Source: an uncultured Clostridia bacterium (GTDB lineage: Bacteria; Bacillota; Clostridia; Oscillospirales; Ruminococcaceae). Taken from it: a DNA stretch of 64,000 nucleotides. A program made the translations under genes and the position numbers. The stretch's first letter is position 1. Every line of letters starts with the position of its first letter. The DNA is taken from positions 37,535 through 101,534 of the forward strand of contig CALWZA010000019.1 in NCBI GenBank assembly GCA_944385905.1. Direction: 5' to 3'. The notes below the pieces were generated by a model. It was not told where the DNA came from and ran no database searches. It saw only the letters and a program-made list of their open reading frames with translations. This document shows positions 19,614 to 27,189 of the stretch, piece by piece.

Positions 19614-21557
19614 TTATCTGATTTTTGAACCTACCGGAACATCGTCGTCGGGGAAAATAACCTTTGCCGAGCCGTCGGGCATATCTGCCGAGCAAATCAT
19701 TCCGTTGCTCTCAACCCCCCTGAGCTTCGCCGGCTTGAGGTTTGCGACAACTATGACCTTTTTGCCGACTAAGTCTTCTGGCTTATACCACTTTGCAATA
19801 CCAGAAACGACCTGTCTGCCGCCCATTCCGTCGTCAAGCTGGAAACAAAGAAGCTTATCAGATTTCGGAACCTTTTCGCATGAAATAACCTTCGCGACCC
19901 GAAGCTCAACCTTCGCAAAATCGTCGATAGTAATTTCCTCGGCAAGCGGCTCGACCTCGCACTCAGGCTTCTTTTCGGCGGGCTTATTTGCTGAAATAAT
20001 AGCGTTAAGCTCGTCAATTTCCTTTTCGGCGTCGATTCTCGGGAAAAGCACCTCGCCTTTTTTAACCGTTACGCAGGCGGGCAAAACTCCCCACTTTGCG
20101 GCGTTTTCATATGAAATATCGCTGTCTTTCGCGCCAATCTGCTCGAAAATTTTCGGCATGGTTGACGGCATGAAAGGAGAAAGCAGAGTTGAAGCGATTC
20201 GGATTGCCTCAAGAAGGTTATACAAAACGGCGGCGAGCCTCGGCTTGTCTGCCTCGTTTTTAGCGAGAACCCACGGCATTGTTTCGTCTATATATTTGTT
20301 AGCTCTTGAAACGAGCTTAAAAATCTCGGCAAGCGCAAGGTTAAGCTGAGTCAAGTCCATCAACCTGTCAACCTCCGGGCGCACAGCTAAAGCGACAGCC
20401 TTAAGGTCGTCGTCAAACTCTCCCGAAAGCTTTTCCTGCGGGAGCGTTCCTCCGAAATACTTGTCAACCATCGCGACTGTTCTCGAAACAAGGTTGCCAA
20501 GTCCATTCGCAAGGTCGGAATTTATTCTGTTTATCATTATTTCATTTGAAAACGAGCTGTCAGCTCCGAGAGCCATTTCTCTCAAAATGTGATATCTGAT
20601 AGCGTCGGCGCCGTACCTTTCGCTTAAAACGAATGGGTCAACGACGTTTCCGAGCGATTTGCTCATTTTCTGACCGTTAAAGGTAATCCAGCCGTGAACG
20701 GCAAGGTGCTTTGGCAGAGGCAGGTCGAGCGCCATAAGAATGGCAGGCCAGATAATGGCATGAAATCTCTGAATATCCTTAGCTACCATATGCACATCGG
20801 CAGGCCAGTATTTGTCGAAATCGTGATACGCTTCATTTTTATACCCCAAAGCCGAAATATAGTTTGAAAGAGCGTCTACCCAGACATAGACGACGTGCTT
20901 TTTGTCAAAAGTAACGGGAACTCCCCATGTAAACGATGTTCTTGAAACGCAGAGGTCTTCAAGGCCGGGCTTGATGAAGTTGTTTACAAGCTCAAGAGCC
21001 CTTGTTTTCGGCTGAAGAAAATCGGTTTCAGTCAAAAGCTTTTCAATTCTGTCCGCAAAAGGCGAAAGCTTGAAGAAATAAGCCTCCTCCTCTGCTTCGA
21101 CGACTTCTCTGCCGCATTCGGGGCATTTGCCGTCAACAAGCTGAGAATCCGTCCAGAAGCTTTCGCAGGGGGTGCAGTATTTGCCCTTGTAAGTTCCCTT
21201 ATAGATATAGCCTCTGTCGTAAAGCTCCTTGAATATTTTCTGAACCGACTCAACGTGGTAGTCGTCGGTTGTGCGGATATACCTGTCGTAGCTGATATTC
21301 ATACAGCTCCAGAGCTTTTTGAAAATTTCAACTATTTCATCAACATACTGCTTCGGCGACACGCCTTTTTCGGCGGCTTTCTGCTCAATTTTCAAGCCGT
21401 GCTCATCGGTGCCTGTGAGGAACATCACGTCATAGCCCTGCATTCGTCTGTACCTCGCGATCGAATCACAGGCAACGGTAGTGTAGCAGTGACCGATATG
21501 AGGGTTTCCCGACGGATAATAAATCGGCGTTGTAATGTAATATGGCTTTTTTGACAT
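19614..21557 (-). CDS. metG: Methionyl-tRNA synthetase with a C-terminal tRNA-binding (EMAP-like) domain.
   Basis: YYITTPIYYPSGNPHIGH (HIGH motif), KMSKSLGN (KMSKS motif) and a CxxC zinc knuckle. Confidence 0.95.
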   Translation of the reverse strand: MSKKPYYITTPIYYPSGNPHIGHCYTTVACDSIARYRRMQGYDVMFLTGTDEHGLKIEQKAAEKGVSPKQYVDEIVEIFKKLWSCMNISYDRYIRTTDDYHVESVQKIFKELYDRGYIYKGTYKGKYCTPCESFWTDSQLVDGKCPECGREVVEAEEEAYFFKLSPFADRIEKLLTETDFLQPKTRALELVNNFIKPGLEDLCVSRTSFTWGVPVTFDKKHVVYVWVDALSNYISALGYKNEAYHDFDKYWPADVHMVAKDIQRFHAIIWPAILMALDLPLPKHLAVHGWITFNGQKMSKSLGNVVDPFVLSERYGADAIRYHILREMALGADSSFSNEIMINRINSDLANGLGNLVSRTVAMVDKYFGGTLPQEKLSGEFDDDLKAVALAVRPEVDRLMDLTQLNLALAEIFKLVSRANKYIDETMPWVLAKNEADKPRLAAVLYNLLEAIRIASTLLSPFMPSTMPKIFEQIGAKDSDISYENAAKWGVLPACVTVKKGEVLFPRIDAEKEIDELNAIISANKPAEKKPECEVEPLAEEITIDDFAKVELRVAKVISCEKVPKSDKLLCFQLDDGMGGRQVVSGIAKWYKPEDLVGKKVIVVANLKPAKLRGVESNGMICSADMPDGSAKVIFPDDDVPVGSKIR

Positions 21558-21668
21558 GTCATTTCCTCCTTAAAAAGCATCAGTCTTTTTATTTTGAGCA
21601 TAAGAAGACATATTATTTATTATACAGTATCTGCTCAAATTGTCAAGTAAAACGGAAATTTTTTCAAA

Positions 21669-22220
21669 TTATACGGGCTCATTGCCGAGGAAAAAAGTCC
21701 TCAAAAGAGCTATCTGCGACTTAGCGTCCTTAATTTCGTTGCAAAAAACCATTTTTACCGCTTCTTCGAGGGGCATTTTTACGACGTCGAGAAACTCGCC
21801 CTCGTCGAGATTTTGATGAGTTTTGGTAAGTCCCTTGGCGGCGTACATATGGATAACCTCAGTATTGTAGGCTACGGTCGGATAAAGGCATCCGAGATAA
21901 GTGACTTCGTTTGCTTTAAATCCCGTTTCCTCCTCAAGCTCTCTCAATCCGCAGTCCCGGTGATTTTCGCCCTTGTTGATTTTTCCGGCGACCACTTCAA
22001 GCAAAGCCTGATTAAACGGATAGCGAAACTGTTTAACCATTATGACTTCGTTATTTTCCGTAACAGGCACAACGCAGACTCCGCCGCTGTGATGAATTAC
22101 CTCTCTGAATGTTTCCTCGCCGTTTTCGAGCCTGACTATATCTCTTGTGACCTCAAAAACCCTGCCCTTGAAAATTGATTCAGATGACAGCTTTTCTTCC
22201 GATAAAAACGACATATACAT
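21669..22220 (-). CDS. NUDIX hydrolase (ADP-ribose pyrophosphatase-like).
   Basis: Nudix box GKINKGENHRDCGLRELEEETGF. The N-terminal FKGRVFEV..VRLENG pattern is typical of NudF-type enzymes. Confidence 0.8.
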   Translation of the reverse strand: MYMSFLSEEKLSSESIFKGRVFEVTRDIVRLENGEETFREVIHHSGGVCVVPVTENNEVIMVKQFRYPFNQALLEVVAGKINKGENHRDCGLRELEEETGFKANEVTYLGCLYPTVAYNTEVIHMYAAKGLTKTHQNLDEGEFLDVVKMPLEEAVKMVFCNEIKDAKSQIALLRTFFLGNEPV

Positions 22221-22237
22221 CCTCCTTTTTATTTAAC

Positions 22238-22271
22238 GAAAAAACCACCCGTCCGCATGACGGACAGGTGG
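22238..22271 (-). terminator. Intrinsic terminator after rplL.
   Basis: Minus-strand hairpin CCACCTGTCCG/CGGACGGGTGG followed by TTTTT. Confidence 0.7.
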
Positions 22272-22292
22272 CAATATGTGCTCGCTTAAAAA

Positions 22293-22664
22293 TTACTTGA
22301 GCTCAACAGTAGCGCCGGCTTCTTCAAGCTTAGCCTTAATTTCCTCTGCGTCAGCCTTTGAAGCGCCTTCCTTGACAGCCTTAGGAGCAGCCTCAACGAG
22401 CTCCTTAGCTTCCTTAAGTCCGAGACCTGTGATTTCCTTAACAGCCTTGATAACAGCCATCTTAGCGTCACCAAATGAAGCCAAAACTACATCAAACTCG
22501 GTCTTTTCCTCAGCGGCAGGAGCAGCTCCGCCTGCAGCGGGAGCTGCAGCAACAGCAGCTGTTACACCGAATTCTTCCTGAATTGCCTCTACGAGTTCTG
22601 CGAGCTCGAGAACCGAGAGAGCCTTAACGTCTTCAACAAATTTCAAAATCTTCTCTGAAGCCAT
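22293..22664 (-). CDS. rplL: 50S ribosomal protein L7/L12.
   Basis: 123 aa, with an Ala-rich hinge and the C-terminus [40 protein letters not shown]. Confidence 0.97.
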   Translation of the reverse strand: MASEKILKFVEDVKALSVLELAELVEAIQEEFGVTAAVAAAPAAGGAAPAAEEKTEFDVVLASFGDAKMAVIKAVKEITGLGLKEAKELVEAAPKAVKEGASKADAEEIKAKLEEAGATVELK

Positions 22665-22722
22665 GATAATTAATCTCCTTTAATAATAAATTTGCGTTAA
22701 TCGCATAAAGCCGGCGCTGAAA

Positions 22723-23232
22723 TTAAGCGGCCGGAGTTTCACCCTTGTCGGCAACAGCCTTAAGAGTAGCGGCAAGCTTCTGAATCGGTCCCTGAAGCGA
22801 ACCAACGAGCTGTGCAAGAAGCACCTCTCTTGAAGGAATCTTGGAAAGAGCGGCGACGCCCTTTTCGTCGTAGATCTCGGTTCCGATAAATCCTGCCTTG
22901 AGAGCGAACTTGTTCTCATGATCCTCAGCAAACTTTCCGAGGATTCTCGCGGGAGCAGTCTGGTCGCCGTTTACTACAGCGATAGCGGTTGTTCCCTCCA
23001 AAACGTCCAAAAGTCCGTCAAGACCTGCGTTTTTAACAGCAAAGCGGAGCATTGTGTTCTTCTCTACGGAATATACAATTCCTGCTTCGCGAAGCTCTTT
23101 TCTGAGCTTTGTGTCTTCCTCAACCGTAATTCCCTTGTAATCTACGAGAACTCCGGCGTCAGCGTTCTTGAGAAGCTCTGTAAGCTGATTTACCTTTTCC
23201 TGCTTTTTAAGCAGAACCTTTTCACTTGGCAT
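22723..23232 (-). CDS. rplJ: 50S ribosomal protein L10.
   Basis: 169 aa, sitting between rplA and rplL. The sequence is typical of L10. Confidence 0.93.
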   Translation of the reverse strand: MPSEKVLLKKQEKVNQLTELLKNADAGVLVDYKGITVEEDTKLRKELREAGIVYSVEKNTMLRFAVKNAGLDGLLDVLEGTTAIAVVNGDQTAPARILGKFAEDHENKFALKAGFIGTEIYDEKGVAALSKIPSREVLLAQLVGSLQGPIQKLAATLKAVADKGETPAA

Positions 23233-23405
23233 TAATGTTCACCTCTTTAAATCAAGATAAATGCCGGTTCGATCTAAAAGAAAATCCTTTTCCCGAAAAT
23301 ACGAGAAAAGGACGCAAAGTCAAAATTATAACTTCTGCTTTCTTTCCTCGGCCGGACTTACGGGACAAAACCCACCGGCTGTCTTTAGATACGAATGCAT
23401 TAATT
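23233..23405 (-). promoter_or_regulatory. rplJ 5' leader (probable L10-leader autoregulatory RNA).
   Basis: About 170 nt of untranslated, GC-rich paired sequence (..GACAGCCGGTGGGTTTTGTCCCGTAAGTCCGGCCGAGG..) lies between a strong promoter and rplJ, where Firmicute L10 leaders sit. Confidence 0.5.
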
Positions 23406-23434
23406 AATATAGCACAGTTTTTTCACTCTGTCAA
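23406..23434 (-). promoter_or_regulatory. SigmaA promoter for rplJL.
   Basis: Minus strand: TTGACA (23434-23429), 17 nt, TATATT (23411-23406). Confidence 0.6.
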
Positions 23435-23465
23435 GCAGATTCTGAAAAAACCTGTTGCTCTGAGA

Positions 23466-24161
23466 TTAGCAGCCGTACTTTGAAGTGGCTACCTTGATGC
23501 CGACGCCCATGGTTGAGGCGACAACAACGCTCTTGAGGTACTGTCCCTTTGCGGCGGCAGGCTTAGCCTTAACAACAGCTTCCATAAGAGCCTCGAAGTT
23601 TTCGGTGAGCTTTTCGCTTCCGAACGAAGCCTTTCCGATAGGGCAGTGAATGATGTTTGACTTGTCAAGACGGTACTCAATCTTACCGGCCTTTGCCTCA
23701 GCGACAGCCTTAGCAACGTCAGGGTTAACGGTACCTGCCTTCGGGTTCGGCATAAGACCTCTGGGTCCCAAAACCTTACCGAGACGTCCTACAACGCCCA
23801 TCATGTCAGGCGAAGCGATAACAACGTCGAAATCCATCCAGTTTTCCTTGAGAATCTTGTCAACAAGGTCAAGTCCGCCGACATAGTCAGCGCCTGCCGC
23901 TTTAGCGGCCTCATACTTGTCTTCCTTGCAGAATACGAGAGCTCTTACGTCCTTACCTGTTCCGTTAGGGAGAACTACTGCTCCTCTGACCTGCTGGTCA
24001 GCGTGACGCGAGTCAACGCCGAGACGGATATGAGCTTCGATTGTTTCATCAAACTTAGCCTTTGCGTTCTTGCTTGCAAGATCAAGGGCTTCGGTTGAAT
24101 CATATAGCTTTGTGAGGTCAACAGCTTTTACGCTGTCAACGTATTTCTTACCGTGTTTCAT
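23466..24161 (-). CDS. rplA: 50S ribosomal protein L1.
   Basis: 231 aa, with [33 protein letters not shown]. Confidence 0.97.
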   Translation of the reverse strand: MKHGKKYVDSVKAVDLTKLYDSTEALDLASKNAKAKFDETIEAHIRLGVDSRHADQQVRGAVVLPNGTGKDVRALVFCKEDKYEAAKAAGADYVGGLDLVDKILKENWMDFDVVIASPDMMGVVGRLGKVLGPRGLMPNPKAGTVNPDVAKAVAEAKAGKIEYRLDKSNIIHCPIGKASFGSEKLTENFEALMEAVVKAKPAAAKGQYLKSVVVASTMGVGIKVATSKYGC

Positions 24162-24255
24162 TGTTTTCTCTCCTTTATGTGGTGTACCGGCGCCGCATTG
24201 CGCTTGGCTTGCCGGTTAGCGGAAAATTCCTCCCACTTAATTAGATGATCGGCTA

Positions 24256-24681
24256 TTAATCAACTACTGTGATGCCCATTGAGCGAGCTGTTCCTGCGAT
24301 CATGCTCATTGCGGTCTCGATAGAGCCTGCGTTTAGGTCAGGCATTTTCTGCTCCGCGATCTTCTTTATCTGCTCCTTTGTAATAGAAGCAACCTTTGTC
24401 TTGTTAGGTGTTCCCGAAGCGGTCTCGATTCCGCAAGCCTTCTTGATAAGAACTGCCGCCGGCGGAGTCTTTGTGACAAATGTGAATGAGCGGTCGGCAT
24501 ATACGGTGATCACAACAGGGATTATAAGACCGATATCGTTCTTTGTTCTCTCGTTGAAATCCTTTGTGAATGCCATGATATTTACGCCGTGCTGTCCGAG
24601 CGCAGGACCAACCGGCGGTGCCGGTGTTGCTTTTCCGGCAGGAATCTGCAGCTTAATATAGCCTACTACTTTCTGTGCCAT
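24256..24681 (-). CDS. rplK: 50S ribosomal protein L11.
   Basis: [36 protein letters not shown]. The true start is at 24681; the track's start at 24726 is an upstream extension. Confidence 0.95.
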   Translation of the reverse strand: MAQKVVGYIKLQIPAGKATPAPPVGPALGQHGVNIMAFTKDFNERTKNDIGLIIPVVITVYADRSFTFVTKTPPAAVLIKKACGIETASGTPNKTKVASITKEQIKKIAEQKMPDLNAGSIETAMSMIAGTARSMGITVVD

Positions 24682-24787
24682 GATATTGCACCTCCAAAAA
24701 ATTGTGGTAAGGCGAACCGTTTTCATATTACGGCTCTCCCACTTTCCAAAGCGATTACCGTCGCTTTAAGTCAGTTTGTTGTTTAAA

Positions 24788-25321
24788 TTAAAGCTCAAGC
24801 TTTTTAACCTGTGACAGCGGCAGCGTCGCGGGAGTTTCCCTTCCGAACATGGAAACGACAATATCCACTGTCTGATCTTCCATGTTGACTGCCTTGACTA
24901 TGCCTGTCCAGCCGTCAAGCGATCCGCCGAGAACAGTAACGCTGTCTCCCTGCGCGAAATCAACTGTAGCGGCTGCTTTTCTGACCTCGACTCCCAAAGC
25001 CGCGACTTCCTTTTCCGAAAGCGGAACCGGCTTTGATCCGGGGCCTACGAAGCCTGTGACGCCTCTTGTGTTTCTTACGATATACCACGAGTCGTCGGTC
25101 ATAATCATTTTCACAAGCACATAGCTTGGAAACAGCTTTCTTTCAGCTTCCTTAACCTTGTTGTTCTTATCCTTTTCCTCATATAATTCGGTCGGAATCC
25201 GGATTTCCTGGATAAGTTCGTGAAGCTTTCGGTTTTCAACAACCTTTTCGATATTCTGCGCTACTTTATTCTCATACCCCGAATAGGTGTGGATAACGTA
25301 CCATTGAGCCTTTTCAGCCAT
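24788..25321 (-). CDS. nusG: Transcription termination/antitermination factor NusG.
   Basis: WYVIHTYSGYENKV (NGN domain) and a C-terminal KOW motif. Confidence 0.95.
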   Translation of the reverse strand: MAEKAQWYVIHTYSGYENKVAQNIEKVVENRKLHELIQEIRIPTELYEEKDKNNKVKEAERKLFPSYVLVKMIMTDDSWYIVRNTRGVTGFVGPGSKPVPLSEKEVAALGVEVRKAAATVDFAQGDSVTVLGGSLDGWTGIVKAVNMEDQTVDIVVSMFGRETPATLPLSQVKKLEL

Positions 25322-25361
25322 TTTTCAATATCATCCTTTCGTTGTGAAAACCTGATTTGAG

Positions 25362-25613
25362 CTACTTGACAAGAAGATTGACAAGTAAGCCCAGTAAACT
25401 GTCTATTCCGAAAAGAAAAATTCCCGTTATGATAACGGTAGCAAGAACAATGCCCGTATTGTTTAAAACCTGCTTTCTGCTCGGCCAGACAACCTTTTTG
25501 ATTTCGCTCCTCAGATCCTTTAAATACTTTACGATTTTATTAGGACCCTTTTTCTTCTTTGCTTTCTTAGGAGCGGGTTCGCTTTTTGTAGTATTGCTGA
25601 TTTCGTTACTCAT
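25362..25613 (-). CDS. secE: Preprotein translocase subunit SecE.
   Basis: 83 aa, a basic N-terminus plus a single TM. KKVVWPSRKQV motif. It occupies the canonical position before nusG. Confidence 0.85.
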   Translation of the reverse strand: MSNEISNTTKSEPAPKKAKKKKGPNKIVKYLKDLRSEIKKVVWPSRKQVLNNTGIVLATVIITGIFLFGIDSLLGLLVNLLVK

Positions 25614-25629
25614 AACTTATCCGCCTTTC

Positions 25630-25779
25630 CTACTTGGTTTCTCTGTGAAGAGTGTGTTTCTTGCAGAACTTGCAGTACTTGTTCATCTCAAGCCTGTCCG
25701 GGTCATTCTTCTTGTTCTTCTTCGTGTTGTAATTTCTCTGCTTGCACTCTGTGCATGCCAGTGTAATCTTAACCCTCAT
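25630..25779 (-). CDS. rpmG: 50S ribosomal protein L33 (zinc-ribbon C+ form).
   Basis: [49 protein letters not shown]. The RBS AGGAGG precedes the ATG at 25779; the track ORF is an in-frame upstream extension. Confidence 0.93.
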   Translation of the reverse strand: MRVKITLACTECKQRNYNTKKNKKNDPDRLEMNKYCKFCKKHTLHRETK

Positions 25780-26006
25780 TTCGGCACCTCCTGACGAAAT
25801 TTGCGTTTCCTTTAGGGCGTGAAACGCTTGTCGAACGCCCACTTTTGCGTGAGCCTTGCCTCCCTCCGGACATTTTCCTAAGCCTTCGGCGAACTGCCCG
25901 CCCAAACTTATATGCCCGCCGGTATTGCCGGTTTCGGAGCTTTTGAGCGCAATTTTCGCGTCTTAAAAAATTGCACAAAAATAAGACCCCATAAAGAGGT
26001 AAAATA
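25780..26006 (-). promoter_or_regulatory. Long (about 220 nt) GC-rich structured 5' leader of rpmG-secE-nusG; class unknown.
   Basis: It lies between the promoter at 26007-26036 and the rpmG RBS. It contains several stable hairpins, including two that are mutually exclusive (see findings). Confidence 0.4.
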
Positions 26007-26036
26007 ATCTTACCACAATACGAGCCTGTTTGTCAA
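26007..26036 (-). promoter_or_regulatory. SigmaA promoter upstream of rpmG.
   Basis: Minus strand: TTGACA (26036-26031), 18 nt, TGgTAAGAT extended -10 (26012-26007). Confidence 0.55.
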
Positions 26037-26209
26037 GGGCTTTTCTGCGCAGTCTTTGGAAATTCTCACAAGTTTTTTAGCCGCAAATTTGTAGAATATC
26101 ACAAACATCATGCGCTCAACGAAAAAAATCGGCGGTTATCTGCCAAAAAGGCGTAATTTTTATTCGGCTTTTATGTCTTATACTGCTTTTTATCGGCGGT
26201 TCATCAAAA

Positions 26210-26238
26210 TTGACAACACCTTTATTTCATATTATAAT
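26210..26238 (+). promoter_or_regulatory. Consensus sigmaA promoter of the AraC regulator gene.
   Basis: TTGACA (26210-26215), 17 nt, TATAAT (26233-26238). Confidence 0.6.
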
Positions 26239-26292
26239 TGTATATAATTAAAAGTCAAATTCGCACTTAACAAATCTGAGGATGTGATAAGG

Positions 26293-27045
26293 ATGTACAG
26301 AGTCAGACGAATCGGAACAGCGGCTGAGGCAATACACAATTCTGACTTTTCAATTGACCGGCCCTTTGGATACGACTGTTACCTGATGCTGTTTGTAAAA
26401 ACAAAGGCGGTATTTTACCTTGGCAACGAGGAAAAGCTGTGCGAACCGAACACCTTTATTATATATAACGCAGGCACCCCTCACCGCTATAAAGCGTGCG
26501 GAGAAAAATACATAAACGACTGGGTACAGTTTGACTGTGATGAGTCCGGCTTTTCATTTGCCGACACGCTTATTCATATTGGGGAATCGGCTGATATAAG
26601 CGGATATATAAAGCTTTTATCAGACGCTTTTTACCGCAGAAATTACTATGTCTGCTCGCTGATATTAAAGACTGTTTTAGCTGAAGTTTCTGCTGTGTGC
26701 GAAAACCTTACGTATAAATCCGCATATTCCTCAGCGCTCATCGGACTCAGAAAGGAAATATACCTGCGCCCCGAGCAGAAGTGGACTATACAAAGCATAG
26801 CCGAAAGACTTCATCTCAGTGAACCGTATCTTCAGGAGCTTTATAAAGGGACATTCGGAATAACCTGCGGAGCCGATATTATTCACGCTCGGATAGATGC
26901 CGCAAAGCAGCTGATGGCTGACACAAACTTTTCAATAACAGAAATCGGGGAAAAATGCGGATATTCAAGCCTTATTCATTTTTCAAGGCAGTTTAGGAAA
27001 ACTGCCGGAATATCTCCAACTGAATACAGAAAGCTTATCCGCTGA
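26293..27045 (+). CDS. AraC family transcriptional regulator (cupin-like sensor + HTH).
   Basis: The C-terminus WTIQSIAERLHLSEPYLQELYKGTFG...GYSSLIHFSRQFRKTAGISPTEYRK is an AraC HTH pair. Confidence 0.85.
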   Translation: MYRVRRIGTAAEAIHNSDFSIDRPFGYDCYLMLFVKTKAVFYLGNEEKLCEPNTFIIYNAGTPHRYKACGEKYINDWVQFDCDESGFSFADTLIHIGESADISGYIKLLSDAFYRRNYYVCSLILKTVLAEVSAVCENLTYKSAYSSALIGLRKEIYLRPEQKWTIQSIAERLHLSEPYLQELYKGTFGITCGADIIHARIDAAKQLMADTNFSITEIGEKCGYSSLIHFSRQFRKTAGISPTEYRKLIR

Positions 27046-27189
27046 TTTTAACAGGCTTTACTCATGAATTTTTGTATAAACCGCTGAAAACATAATATAT
27101 GTTAAATCAATCCTACTTTTATATATAACATGTGCCGTTTTAAGATGATATAATAAGTTTAGTATAACGTTGAAAGGACGGTTGTGGTT

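Noticed and set aside
19537-20349. 270-aa plus-strand ORF antisense to metG. Similar long antisense or alternate-frame ORFs occur at 11902-12576, 17930-18709, 28598-29143, 44342-44863 and 55587-56060.
   Set aside because: Each lies wholly inside a gene with unmistakable conserved motifs. Their translations are low-complexity (S/L/A/R-rich) with no RBS, as expected of stop-poor shadow frames.
25845-25890. Possible SRP (4.5S/scRNA) domain IV in the rpmG leader: GTCCGGAGGGAGGCAAGG resembles GUCCGGAAGGAAGCAGC.
   Set aside because: The tetraloop would be GGAG rather than GNRA. The AGCA asymmetric loop and the 5' GGUCAGG side are missing, and no extended helix 5/8 pairing is present.
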